Positions 23,401 through 30,298 of a stretch of DNA of 64,000 nucleotides are shown piece by piece. Origin of the DNA: Myxococcota bacterium (GTDB lineage: Bacteria > Myxococcota_A > UBA9042 > PHBI01 > JBMYRH01); contig JBMYRH010000009.1 of NCBI GenBank assembly GCA_049602155.1, forward strand, positions 95,391 to 159,390, in the 5' to 3' direction. Under the pieces are notes generated by a model, which saw only the letters and a list, made by a program, of their open reading frames with translations, had not been told where the DNA came from and did not search any database. Position 1 is the first letter of the stretch. Every line of letters starts with the position of its first letter. A program made the position numbers and the translations under genes.

Positions 23401-23771
23401 CGATGGATGTAGTCGAGGGCGCGTAAGAGCTGTGTCATCCACGGCCAAGAGTCTTGAAGGCGCTTTACACGTCGGATCGCTAGGATCAGCGGGATTCCGC
23501 GACAGTACTCGAGTGAGAAGTAGGGCACCTCACCCCCGCGCGGGTGCTTGGCGAAGCCAAAGTCATGGACGCGCGGGATGTTGGGGTGGTCGAAGCCTCG
23601 CTGGGCGACGAACTCGTCGAGGAAGGTCCCAATGGAGTGGCGAAATTCGGGGAGCAATATCTTGATGGCGACGGGATCCGAGGCCTCAGCGAGGTCTCGC
23701 GCCAACAAGACACGCCCCATCCCACCCTCACCGAGGGTGCGCTGGAGTTGGTAACGACCGTCCCAAGTCAC
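20409..23771 (-). CDS. Ser/Thr protein kinase fused to an AAA/STAND-like NTPase and a TPR-like C-terminal region (1120 aa).
   Basis: Kinase motifs: GEGGMGRVLLA, VAIKIL, HRDLKPGNVLV, DLGVA, GTPEYCAPE. The ~700-aa Ala/Leu-rich C-terminal region is typical of the NTPase/TPR regions of myxobacterial kinases. The GTG start at 23771 overlaps the stop of the upstream HTH gene (GTGA). Confidence 0.85.
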   Translation of the reverse strand: MTWDGRYQLQRTLGEGGMGRVLLARDLAEASDPVAIKILLPEFRHSIGTFLDEFVAQRGFDHPNIPRVHDFGFAKHPRGGEVPYFSLEYCRGIPLILAIRRVKRLQDSWPWMTQLLRALDYIHRMGWLHRDLKPGNVLVDMQDTGDRACRLIDLGVATRLGKAPEGFFIGTPEYCAPEMLAGDPFDQRSDLYAFGLVLYELVERKRPWSGSDENELLKARLKNQPPKISHPDCPPGVEALIYELLSPDPDNRPSHAHEVLVRLCEATEQTPLIETESAFGKHLQSSPFPGRDDFLGAGDSCLSWLKPGMAIETDRPRLLVARAPGGYDASWLLHELADRGAVGGSRVIRLRFTGTEGPLECLKPAIDIFSRLRQAENPDENEELLRGCSGAATMLTRLHGPTLLVIEDLQRADRSSIAVLQAALTAARNEKLRVMASVNPDEEPTAPDAFEQFIKMEEATVVPLQPISLEQTALWMERTVGRGVIGPEQLKRLHESAKGAPAGLIAVMHDLFRRGTLKRVGGGYVLEAGVDATLAAPSGDEIGRLDALLAILQQALPETIIERYFDDDAEYVPSLLTDGVLASQGDGMLLVSDDRWRQGIYESLPSGERQQLHRRLARAIHAEERFNGQRKLVADHLILSDRPVLAAPHLVVAASESGGADAAAHSAALLDQAEELLERQLGPEEADEAWRWRAMLYKARVRHAMQEGDLDAFDKASAALVEVGTEAAHMPTLAFALETQVVSSFEQKDWTRMARQAEARVALEPGRPGVDALGLRSWARVMSAYATGDTAGALQAIQDARKGERPRPAVWMRLMGALAEILTELEWTRDAQQAVDEYRTAAEQAGERNHELTADILAARLLVQAGRPEAALEALIEVSIELPADHVRGLSSRVELDLARLHVDFGWAASARDHAEQAAQLGERDADAVAMGQALLAEAAALQLERRRGEAADRLQRVTAIVRDTPDWMLMADARLGLMNLSLQKAPAAVAAKMAKEAHSLVIQATRRQAFGRAARASAYGSQALIKAGKPVEGLQLAEDALQLGQRKTGWTRFTHQLLFVLSRARRGVGRKQAADALMLQAVDALRSIAGTIEDAEKRKTWVSTPDNEAILGLTGQKIS

Positions 23772-24604
23772 GCCTCAGCACCTCCCATGGTCGCTGAGAG
23801 CCACAAAGGGACGACGGTCCGGGCATCTCGAGAGAGCTGAGTCTTGAGTCGGGCCGCTGTGGGGGCACCGCGGGCCACCTCGTACAGGTACGTCACAGAC
23901 CAGGGGCCGTTTCCAGGTGTGACTGCGATCATCGCCCCGCTCGCCCTTGCGCGCTTGAGTTGCTTGGGCGTGGGTGGGCTTGAGGAGTGATCGCCGGGCA
24001 CTTGAACGCTGAATTCGATCGCGTCGGAGGTGACGGAGAGGGCGACTCGGGGGCGATCGAGGAATCCAGGGGCTCCTTCACCCTCTGCCCACGTCATCGT
24101 GACGTGGTCGATAGACTTCATATGGGCTTCGAGCCGCCACGCAGACGTCCTGTTGGCCTCGGACGGAGAAGGATGCAATCGGTCGTTAGAGAGGCGCACC
24201 AACGTGGGGTGGAGCGCGTCCCCTAACGCAGCGAGGCCATCCCTCACTTGCTGGCGAAACAGGTTGTGCGTGGGATCGGCCGCGTGATGCCCAAGGGACA
24301 TCAAAGCGTCGCGGCTCACGAAGGGCGTCTCATCATCGTTCGCTGGCAAGATCACCGTCTCTGCGCTGTCGAACGCGACCCTCTCCTCGGGCTCAGCGAC
24401 CGCTTTGATGGGCGCGACGACGGGGGTTGGGATGAGGAGCGGACCCTGAGCGCTCAGCCAAGTGAGCACATCCTGGCTGATGAACCGCACCTGATCGGCG
24501 ATCACCACCCGTGGCATATCAGTCTCCTGAATCAGGCGAGCCAGGAGAGGTGGGTCGATTTGAAGGAGCTTCGCCAACTCCACGTCGGTCAACACCGGTG
24601 CCAT
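23768..24604 (-). CDS. Hypothetical protein with N-terminal excisionase/MerR-like HTH; co-transcribed with the kinase.
   Basis: 278 aa. The N-terminus LTDVELAKLLQIDPPLLARLIQETDMPRVVIADQVRF resembles an HTH_17/excisionase-like DNA-binding helix. There is a 4-nt overlap with the kinase start. Confidence 0.55.
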   Translation of the reverse strand: MAPVLTDVELAKLLQIDPPLLARLIQETDMPRVVIADQVRFISQDVLTWLSAQGPLLIPTPVVAPIKAVAEPEERVAFDSAETVILPANDDETPFVSRDALMSLGHHAADPTHNLFRQQVRDGLAALGDALHPTLVRLSNDRLHPSPSEANRTSAWRLEAHMKSIDHVTMTWAEGEGAPGFLDRPRVALSVTSDAIEFSVQVPGDHSSSPPTPKQLKRARASGAMIAVTPGNGPWSVTYLYEVARGAPTAARLKTQLSRDARTVVPLWLSATMGGAEA

Positions 24605-24702
24605 GGCCTGGAGTCTAGCCCGACCAGAGGGCTCTGCCTAGGTCCCCTTGGGACCATTTTTACGATCGCGCGGTCGTGTCGACCCAAGACGGGTTGGTTT
24701 GC

Positions 24703-26229
24703 TCAGCGCGTGCGCGACCTGCGCATCTGCTTTCCAGCTTTTGGTGCTGCCTTCTCTTTGCTCTTTTTCTTCGCCTTTTGGGGGATCACGTTGACGGACG
24801 GAGGGGCAGGTGCCCGCCTGGTGACTGGACGCTTGGGTACAGCTGTCCGTGTCCGTTTAGGGGTCACCCGTCGCGATCGGGTCGCCGGTGGTGCCACGAT
24901 TTTACGTGTCGTCGTTCGTGGACGCACGGCGGGCCGTGTCGGGCGCGTCGTGCGGGTCGCTTTGGGTCGTGGCGCGGGTCTCGGCGCTGGGCGCTGGGCG
25001 GCAGGTCGCCGTGGTGCTGCGCGTCGCGCTGCTGGCCGCTCCGGCGCTGCACTGCGGCGCCGTTGAGCAGCAGGAGGCTCGCGTGTGGGACGTGACTGAC
25101 CGCTGGGGCGTGCATCTCTCCGACGCTCTGGAGGTTGAGCGTAGCGTGGGTTTGTCGCAGGGAGTGGGCGTCGAGGTTCAGCACGTCGGGTCTCTTCCTC
25201 TTCGTCGTCGCCTCTGTCTTCGGGGCGATACGGCTTGGCCGTCTCGGACCACAGGTGTGTGGCTGCCTCCTCGGTCTTTTTGGGCTTCACGACGACGGTC
25301 GGCGTCGCAGGGCTGTGGCCCTTCGGCTTCACGACGACGGTCGGGGTACTGGATGCCTCGGCATATCGCGCGGCGCGGGTGCGTGTGTGATGGTGAACAT
25401 GACCGTGGCCGTGCGCGTGGTGGTAGTGGGCGTAGTGTCCGTAGAGCAAATGCCCAGGTCGATGCCACGTCCCAGCGACCCAATGGCCTGGGAGCCAGCG
25501 ATGGCCGTCCCAACAGCCGGGGGCCCAGGAGTAACCATGGCGGTGTGCGGGCCGCCAATAGCCCAGCCCCCATACGTAGTTCGTGGCGTAACCGGGGACC
25601 CAAATGAAGCCTGATCGGCGCGTGATTGGTGACCAGTAGCCGCCGTACCAGACGCCGTCTGCGTAGTAGCCGTTGACCCAGGCGTAGCCGTCCATGCTCG
25701 AGGGTCGCCAAAACCCAATCCGCCAAAGGCGCTGTGGGCCCAGGACGTGACCGGGGACCCAGACGGACTCGATCCGGTCGGTCGTGGGGCGCCAGTGACC
25801 TGAGATCCACGCACCGTCATCATCGTAATAGCCGTCGATCCACTCGAAGCCTTCGGCAACCTCGACGCGCCAGAAGCCCTGGACCCACACGCCATCATCG
25901 GCGCGGTGACCGCGCACCCACCGGTAGGTCTCACCGTCTTGAGGCGCCTCGGGGATCCACTGACCGGGGACGTTGAGTCCGTAGTCGTCGACATGAGGTG
26001 GGATCCAACGCTCATCGGGGCGCTCAGGTTCCCTGTAAAACCCCTGAATCCACGTCTCGTCTGCCGCGCGATGTCCAGGGACCCAGACCCACCCATCCGC
26101 TTCGGCTGCAGCGGCGTCAGAGCTATGTGTGATGGACGCGGGCGCTTGCGCATACGCCGGAACAGAGGCGGCACATATGAGCGCCGTCAGCGCGGCTGCG
26201 AGGGTGTGGTTGATTGAAGGGCTGGGCAT
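24703..26229 (-). CDS. Secreted YXWGXW-repeat protein with His-rich tract and basic Pro/Arg/Lys-rich C-terminal tail.
   Basis: Signal peptide MPSPSINHTLAAALTALICAASVPAYAQA, with AGGAG 6 nt upstream of ATG 26229. About 12 Trp/Gly repeats (WVPGHRA, WVRGHRADDGVWVQGFW, GYWSP, GYWRP, WLPGHWVAGTW). His tract HYAHYHHAHGHGHVHHH. The ~170-aa C-terminal tail is rich in R/P/K/T/A. Confidence 0.7.
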   Translation of the reverse strand: MPSPSINHTLAAALTALICAASVPAYAQAPASITHSSDAAAAEADGWVWVPGHRAADETWIQGFYREPERPDERWIPPHVDDYGLNVPGQWIPEAPQDGETYRWVRGHRADDGVWVQGFWRVEVAEGFEWIDGYYDDDGAWISGHWRPTTDRIESVWVPGHVLGPQRLWRIGFWRPSSMDGYAWVNGYYADGVWYGGYWSPITRRSGFIWVPGYATNYVWGLGYWRPAHRHGYSWAPGCWDGHRWLPGHWVAGTWHRPGHLLYGHYAHYHHAHGHGHVHHHTRTRAARYAEASSTPTVVVKPKGHSPATPTVVVKPKKTEEAATHLWSETAKPYRPEDRGDDEEEETRRAEPRRPLPATNPRYAQPPERRRDARPSGQSRPTREPPAAQRRRSAAPERPAARRAAPRRPAAQRPAPRPAPRPKATRTTRPTRPAVRPRTTTRKIVAPPATRSRRVTPKRTRTAVPKRPVTRRAPAPPSVNVIPQKAKKKSKEKAAPKAGKQMRRSRTR

Positions 26230-26404
26230 TGGAGCTCCTAGGTCGCGGGCGTCTGAGAACTCAGACGATGGCCCCCGCGATTTATTCAACGCGCCCTGCA
26301 AGCATGTCGACCCGCGGGTCTCCAGGCAAGACAAAGGCCCCGAAGCTAGGCGCGTGATGGCCAGCCTCGGAGCCCTTGTGGAGACTCACGATCGCGTCGG
26401 TCCG

Positions 26405-29400
26405 CTAGGGAGCGACGACGTGGATATTACCGACCATCATCGGGTGGAACTGACAACGGTAGTTGTAGTAGCCCTCGGTCGCCATGGTGACGGTCACGTT
26501 GCTCGTCGCACCGTCCTGCGCGTCGAAGATCGTGTCCTCAGCACACAGCAACTCGAAGGGATGACCCCCAGAGGCCTCGATGGTCACCGTTTGACCGACC
26601 GCGACGCGTAAGCATTTGGTCGAGTACGGAGAGCCTGCGCCCATGATCGCGACATCGATCGTCCCCTCCATGGCGGTCATATCACCAGCGACGAAGTCCT
26701 CCTCTGTGCAGTCCGCGTAGTCCGCCTCGCAGGCGAACGCGGGCGCGTCCGCCTCACAGACGCCTGCGTTGCAGCTCTCGCCGTCACCGCAAGTGCCACA
26801 GTCGATGGTGCCGCCGCAGCCGTCGGTCTCGGTGCCACAGGTGACGCCGTCGGAGCAGGCGATGGCCGGGGTGCAGTCCGCCTCACAGACGCCCGCGTTG
26901 CAGCTCTCGCCGTCTCCGCAGGTGCCACAGTTGACGGTGCCGCCGCAGCCGTCGTCCATGGTGCCGCAGACCATGCCCTCGGTGCACTCGGTGGCCGGGG
27001 TGCACGTCTCACACGCGCCGCATGTCCCTACACCGTCCGCGAAGCACACAGGCCCCACATCAACGGTCACGCCGCTGTTGACGTCGTCGGCGCCGACCTC
27101 GAAGAAGTAGTTGTTGTTCTCGGTGTCGAAGCTGCACTCGTCGGGTGCGCTGGAGATCACAGACCATGCACCGATGGTGGGCTTCCATTGCCAGGTCTTC
27201 GGTGAGAGGTACTGAGTGAAGCTGTAGATGCCGTCCATATCGGTGTCAGTGCCCGTGTTTGAGCAGGAGCCACACCATTCGTTGAACTCTCCTTGGAAGT
27301 TAGGTGCAGCGCTCGCATCGTAGCTGTTCATGTCGACGTGGAGCTCAACGTGAGCCCAACCGCAGACAGTGGACTCGCCACACTCCCACCATGCGCTTGT
27401 TGCCGTACAGGCCTCGCCATCGAAGCAACCCATGCAATCGCTGGGGCAACCGTTGGCGGCGAACGTCGGCTCATCGCTGACGCATGCACCGTCGGTGCAG
27501 GTCTCACCCTCGCCACAGGCGGGGTCGCACGCCACGGGAGCTTCACAGGCGCCGCAGGTGCCGAAGCCGTCTGCGAAGCACACAGGGCCGACCGCGACAA
27601 CCTCGCCGCTGTTGACGTCGTCTTCGGTGACCTCGAAGAAGTAGTTGCTGTCCTCAGCGTTGAACCGACACCCCTCAGGTGCGCTGGAGATCACAGTCCA
27701 CGATCCGATGCTCGGCTTCCACTGCCAGGTCTTGGGTGAGAGGTACTGCGTGAAGCTGTAGACGCCGTCCATGTCGTCGTCAGTGCCCGTATTGAAGCAG
27801 TCACCGCACCAGTCGTTGAACTCACCCTGGAAGTTGGGCGCAGCGTTCATGTCGTAGTTGTTCATGTCGACGTGGAGCTCGACCTGAGCCCAGCCGCAGA
27901 CAGTGGACTCACCGCAGGTCCACCACTCGTCGGTGGTCGTGCAGGTCGCGCCGTCGTAGCAGCCTTGGCAATCGGTGGGGCAGCCGTTCGCGGCCATGGG
28001 GGTCTCATCCGCCATGCACATGCCCGCGGTGCAGGTCTCGCCGTCGGCGCAGGTGCCGCACTCAAGGGTGCCACCACAGCCGTCGTCCATAGTGCCGCAG
28101 TTCATCGCGCCGCAATCAGCAGCAGGAGTGCATTCTGCGGTGCACATGCCCTCGGAGCAGGTCTCACCGTCGGCGCAAGTGCCGCACTCAATGGTGCCGC
28201 CGCAGCCGTCATCCATGGTGCCGCAGTTCATGGCCTCACCGCACTCGGTCGCTGGCTCGCAAGGATCGCTGCACGCGCCATCGACACAAAGCTGACCGTT
28301 CTCGGAGCAGTCCGTGGTCACGGCGGTGAACTCGCCACAGTCGTCCGCATCCTCATTACAGGACGCGTCGTATTCGGTGAGGATGTCGCCATCACAGGTC
28401 GCCGCTTGCTCACAGAGCGTCGCGGTCATCTCGTGGCCACAACCGTCGGCGTCACAGGTGGGGGCGTAGGTCCGGACCTCGGCCAAGCCGTTGGCTCCGA
28501 CGCACTCGCTGGCCTTCGGGACGTCGCAGTCCTCCACGTCGCTCGTGGTGTACTCACATGCGGTGCCCTCGGCGTTACAGGCGCCGGTGGCCTCGTACGC
28601 CACGATCATCAAGCCCATGCAGCCGTTCGCTTTCGCGTCCGAGCAGAGGCTGATGGTCTCGTCTTGGCCGCACACTCCGTCATCACAGGAGGGGGCGTAG
28701 GTCCAGGTCTGGGCTGCGACGGTGGTCGTGCACAGACCGTCGGTGCAGACCGCATCATCGTCGGCGCAGGGCGTGTCGTCGTCACAGGCGTCGCCCGTGA
28801 GTGAGGTCACGCATGCATCGTCTTGGGCGATATCGCAGTCCGTCGTAGCCTCTTCGTAGCTGCAGGGATCCGAGTCGTCCTCGGTCTCGGCGCAGACGCC
28901 AACTTGGGCGTAGGTCGTCGCCATCAGCCCATCGCAGCTGTCTGCGGGGGGCGCTTCACAAGCGACAGGGGTGTCGACACAGGCGCCAGTGGCGGTCTCG
29001 CAAGCTGAGGTGACGCAGTCGCCAGCGCTCGCGGCGCAGTCGACCTCGCTGTTCGGGACAGGCTTGCACTCACCGGTCTCTTCACCGACGAACTTCTGGC
29101 ATGACCAGATGCCGTTGCACATGTCGCCGTCGTCCAGGGACGCGCAGTCCTCTTCGGTGGTGCAGGCGGCGCAAGGCTCACCGTTACCTGGCTTACATGT
29201 GCCGTTTTGGCAGTAGTCGCCGTCGTTCTCGCAGTCTGCGCCGGGGGCGCAGCCTGTGCAGGGATCGCCGTCATCGCAGGCGAGGTAGTTCTCGACCGGA
29301 GTCAACTCGCACGCGCCCGTGCCTGGGTTGCACGCATTCGTGCGGCATCCACCGTTGTCGGAGCCCTCGGAGCAGGTGACCTCGCTGTCGGCCACTGGGG

Positions 29401-30085
29401 CGCAACTGCCCTCGACACAGCCCCAGAGTCCGTTGCAAAGGTCACCATCGTCGTAGATGGCGCACTCTGCGTCGGTCGAGCATGTGCAGATGTCACCGTC
29501 TTCGGTGACGCCGTTGATCTCTGCCCCTGCGCACGCGCCCTCGGCGCAGACATCGCCGCTCGTGCAGGGGTTGCCGTCGTCGCACACGGCTGCGTTCGCC
29601 GTGTTTGCACAGTCGCCAGTCTCGGCGTCGCAGGTGTCGTCAGTGCAGGGGTTGTCGTCGTCGCAGAGCACCGTCGACACGTCCACACAGAGGCCGCTCG
29701 CGCACTCGCCAATCGTGCACGCCGTCCAGTTCTCCTCGTTGCACGGCGTCCCGTCATCGGACGTCCGCACGACACATTGGCCACTGTCATTGCAGTAGCC
29801 GCCTTCGCAGGTCCCTGCGTCGGGGTGGTCGCATGAGGCCCATGTGCTGCGGGTCTGCTTCACGCAGGTGCCTGCATCACAGACTGCGTCCTCGCACGGC
29901 GTCAGGTCTGAGAAGGTGTCAGCGCACTCGGCGTCATACCCACACTCATGGTCTGGCGTCGGGATGTCCGTCGTGGCCGTCGAGCCAGCATCGGTCGTGG
30001 TGTCGATACCGCCGTCGTCGCTGCAAGCGATGAGCGCTGAGAAGCCAACGAGGATGGCGAGGGTAAAGATTCTGTTGGGCGTCAT
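26405..30085 (-). CDS. Giant Cys-rich multidomain lipoprotein (~1226 aa) with two CBM20/48-like modules and a C-terminal cupredoxin (amicyanin/pseudoazurin-like blue-copper) domain.
   Basis: ATG at 30085 with GGAGGT 9 nt upstream. Lipoprotein signal MTPNRIFTLAILVGFSALIACSDDGG. The N-terminal ~550 aa are myxo-type Cys-rich repeats (CDDDNPCTDDTCD, CDDGNPCTSGDVC, CDDGDPCTGC). There are four CGTMDDGCGGTxECGTCxDGExC modules and two ~145-aa modules with GEFNDWCG...DGVYSFTQYLSPKTWQWKPSIGSW (CBM20/48-like). The C-terminus ...IEASGGHPFEL...EGYYNYRCQFHPMMVGNIHVVAP fits the Y-x-Y-x-C-x-x-H-P-x-M type-1 copper signature. Confidence 0.8.
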   Translation of the reverse strand: MTPNRIFTLAILVGFSALIACSDDGGIDTTTDAGSTATTDIPTPDHECGYDAECADTFSDLTPCEDAVCDAGTCVKQTRSTWASCDHPDAGTCEGGYCNDSGQCVVRTSDDGTPCNEENWTACTIGECASGLCVDVSTVLCDDDNPCTDDTCDAETGDCANTANAAVCDDGNPCTSGDVCAEGACAGAEINGVTEDGDICTCSTDAECAIYDDGDLCNGLWGCVEGSCAPVADSEVTCSEGSDNGGCRTNACNPGTGACELTPVENYLACDDGDPCTGCAPGADCENDGDYCQNGTCKPGNGEPCAACTTEEDCASLDDGDMCNGIWSCQKFVGEETGECKPVPNSEVDCAASAGDCVTSACETATGACVDTPVACEAPPADSCDGLMATTYAQVGVCAETEDDSDPCSYEEATTDCDIAQDDACVTSLTGDACDDDTPCADDDAVCTDGLCTTTVAAQTWTYAPSCDDGVCGQDETISLCSDAKANGCMGLMIVAYEATGACNAEGTACEYTTSDVEDCDVPKASECVGANGLAEVRTYAPTCDADGCGHEMTATLCEQAATCDGDILTEYDASCNEDADDCGEFTAVTTDCSENGQLCVDGACSDPCEPATECGEAMNCGTMDDGCGGTIECGTCADGETCSEGMCTAECTPAADCGAMNCGTMDDGCGGTLECGTCADGETCTAGMCMADETPMAANGCPTDCQGCYDGATCTTTDEWWTCGESTVCGWAQVELHVDMNNYDMNAAPNFQGEFNDWCGDCFNTGTDDDMDGVYSFTQYLSPKTWQWKPSIGSWTVISSAPEGCRFNAEDSNYFFEVTEDDVNSGEVVAVGPVCFADGFGTCGACEAPVACDPACGEGETCTDGACVSDEPTFAANGCPSDCMGCFDGEACTATSAWWECGESTVCGWAHVELHVDMNSYDASAAPNFQGEFNEWCGSCSNTGTDTDMDGIYSFTQYLSPKTWQWKPTIGAWSVISSAPDECSFDTENNNYFFEVGADDVNSGVTVDVGPVCFADGVGTCGACETCTPATECTEGMVCGTMDDGCGGTVNCGTCGDGESCNAGVCEADCTPAIACSDGVTCGTETDGCGGTIDCGTCGDGESCNAGVCEADAPAFACEADYADCTEEDFVAGDMTAMEGTIDVAIMGAGSPYSTKCLRVAVGQTVTIEASGGHPFELLCAEDTIFDAQDGATSNVTVTMATEGYYNYRCQFHPMMVGNIHVVAP
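27000..28080. repeat. Intragenic tandem duplication, 2 copies of ~537 bp at ~85% identity, encoding the two CBM-like modules.
   Basis: Nearly identical stretches. Copy 1 (27181..): gcttccattgccaggtcttcggtgagaggtactgagtgaagctgtagatgccgtccat. Copy 2 (27711..): gcttccactgccaggtcttgggtgagaggtactgcgtgaagctgtagacgccgtccat. Similar antisense ORFs 26769..27110 and 27369..27644 in the track reflect the same repeat. Confidence 0.7.
28080..28300. repeat. Intragenic short tandem module (2 x ~117 bp) encoding CGTMDDGCGGTxECGTCADGETC. A second pair lies at about 26690..27000.
   Basis: Antisense ORF 27975..28295 shows two internal copies of VSPSAQVPHSxVPPQPSSxVPQF, and 26769..27110 shows two copies of LSPSPQVPQ..VPPQPS. 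The protein has four near-identical GC/GT Cys modules. Confidence 0.5.
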
Positions 30086-30298
30086 GAGGGCCGACCTCCG
30101 TGATTTGGGCCGCGTCACAGTATCCGAAGGTTGTGCCCGGGACAACAAGCGCCTGACACCCAATGGTCACTTGTCGTGATTCTGTGCCCGATATCATCAT
30201 AAGTGCTTGTTTACGCTGGTGAATAAAGTTTGGCAATGTGGGTTCGGATCGCCGTACTTCGGTGCCTCAGCAGAGTGATAAAAGAGGCACGACCGCCG

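Noticed and set aside
26690-28300. Possible CRISPR-like array, given the regular short repeats.
   Set aside because: The repeats are ~117 bp and ~537 bp and lie in-frame inside a single long ORF encoding Cys modules. There are no 25-40 bp direct repeats with unique spacers and no cas genes. No CRISPR array was found anywhere in the window.
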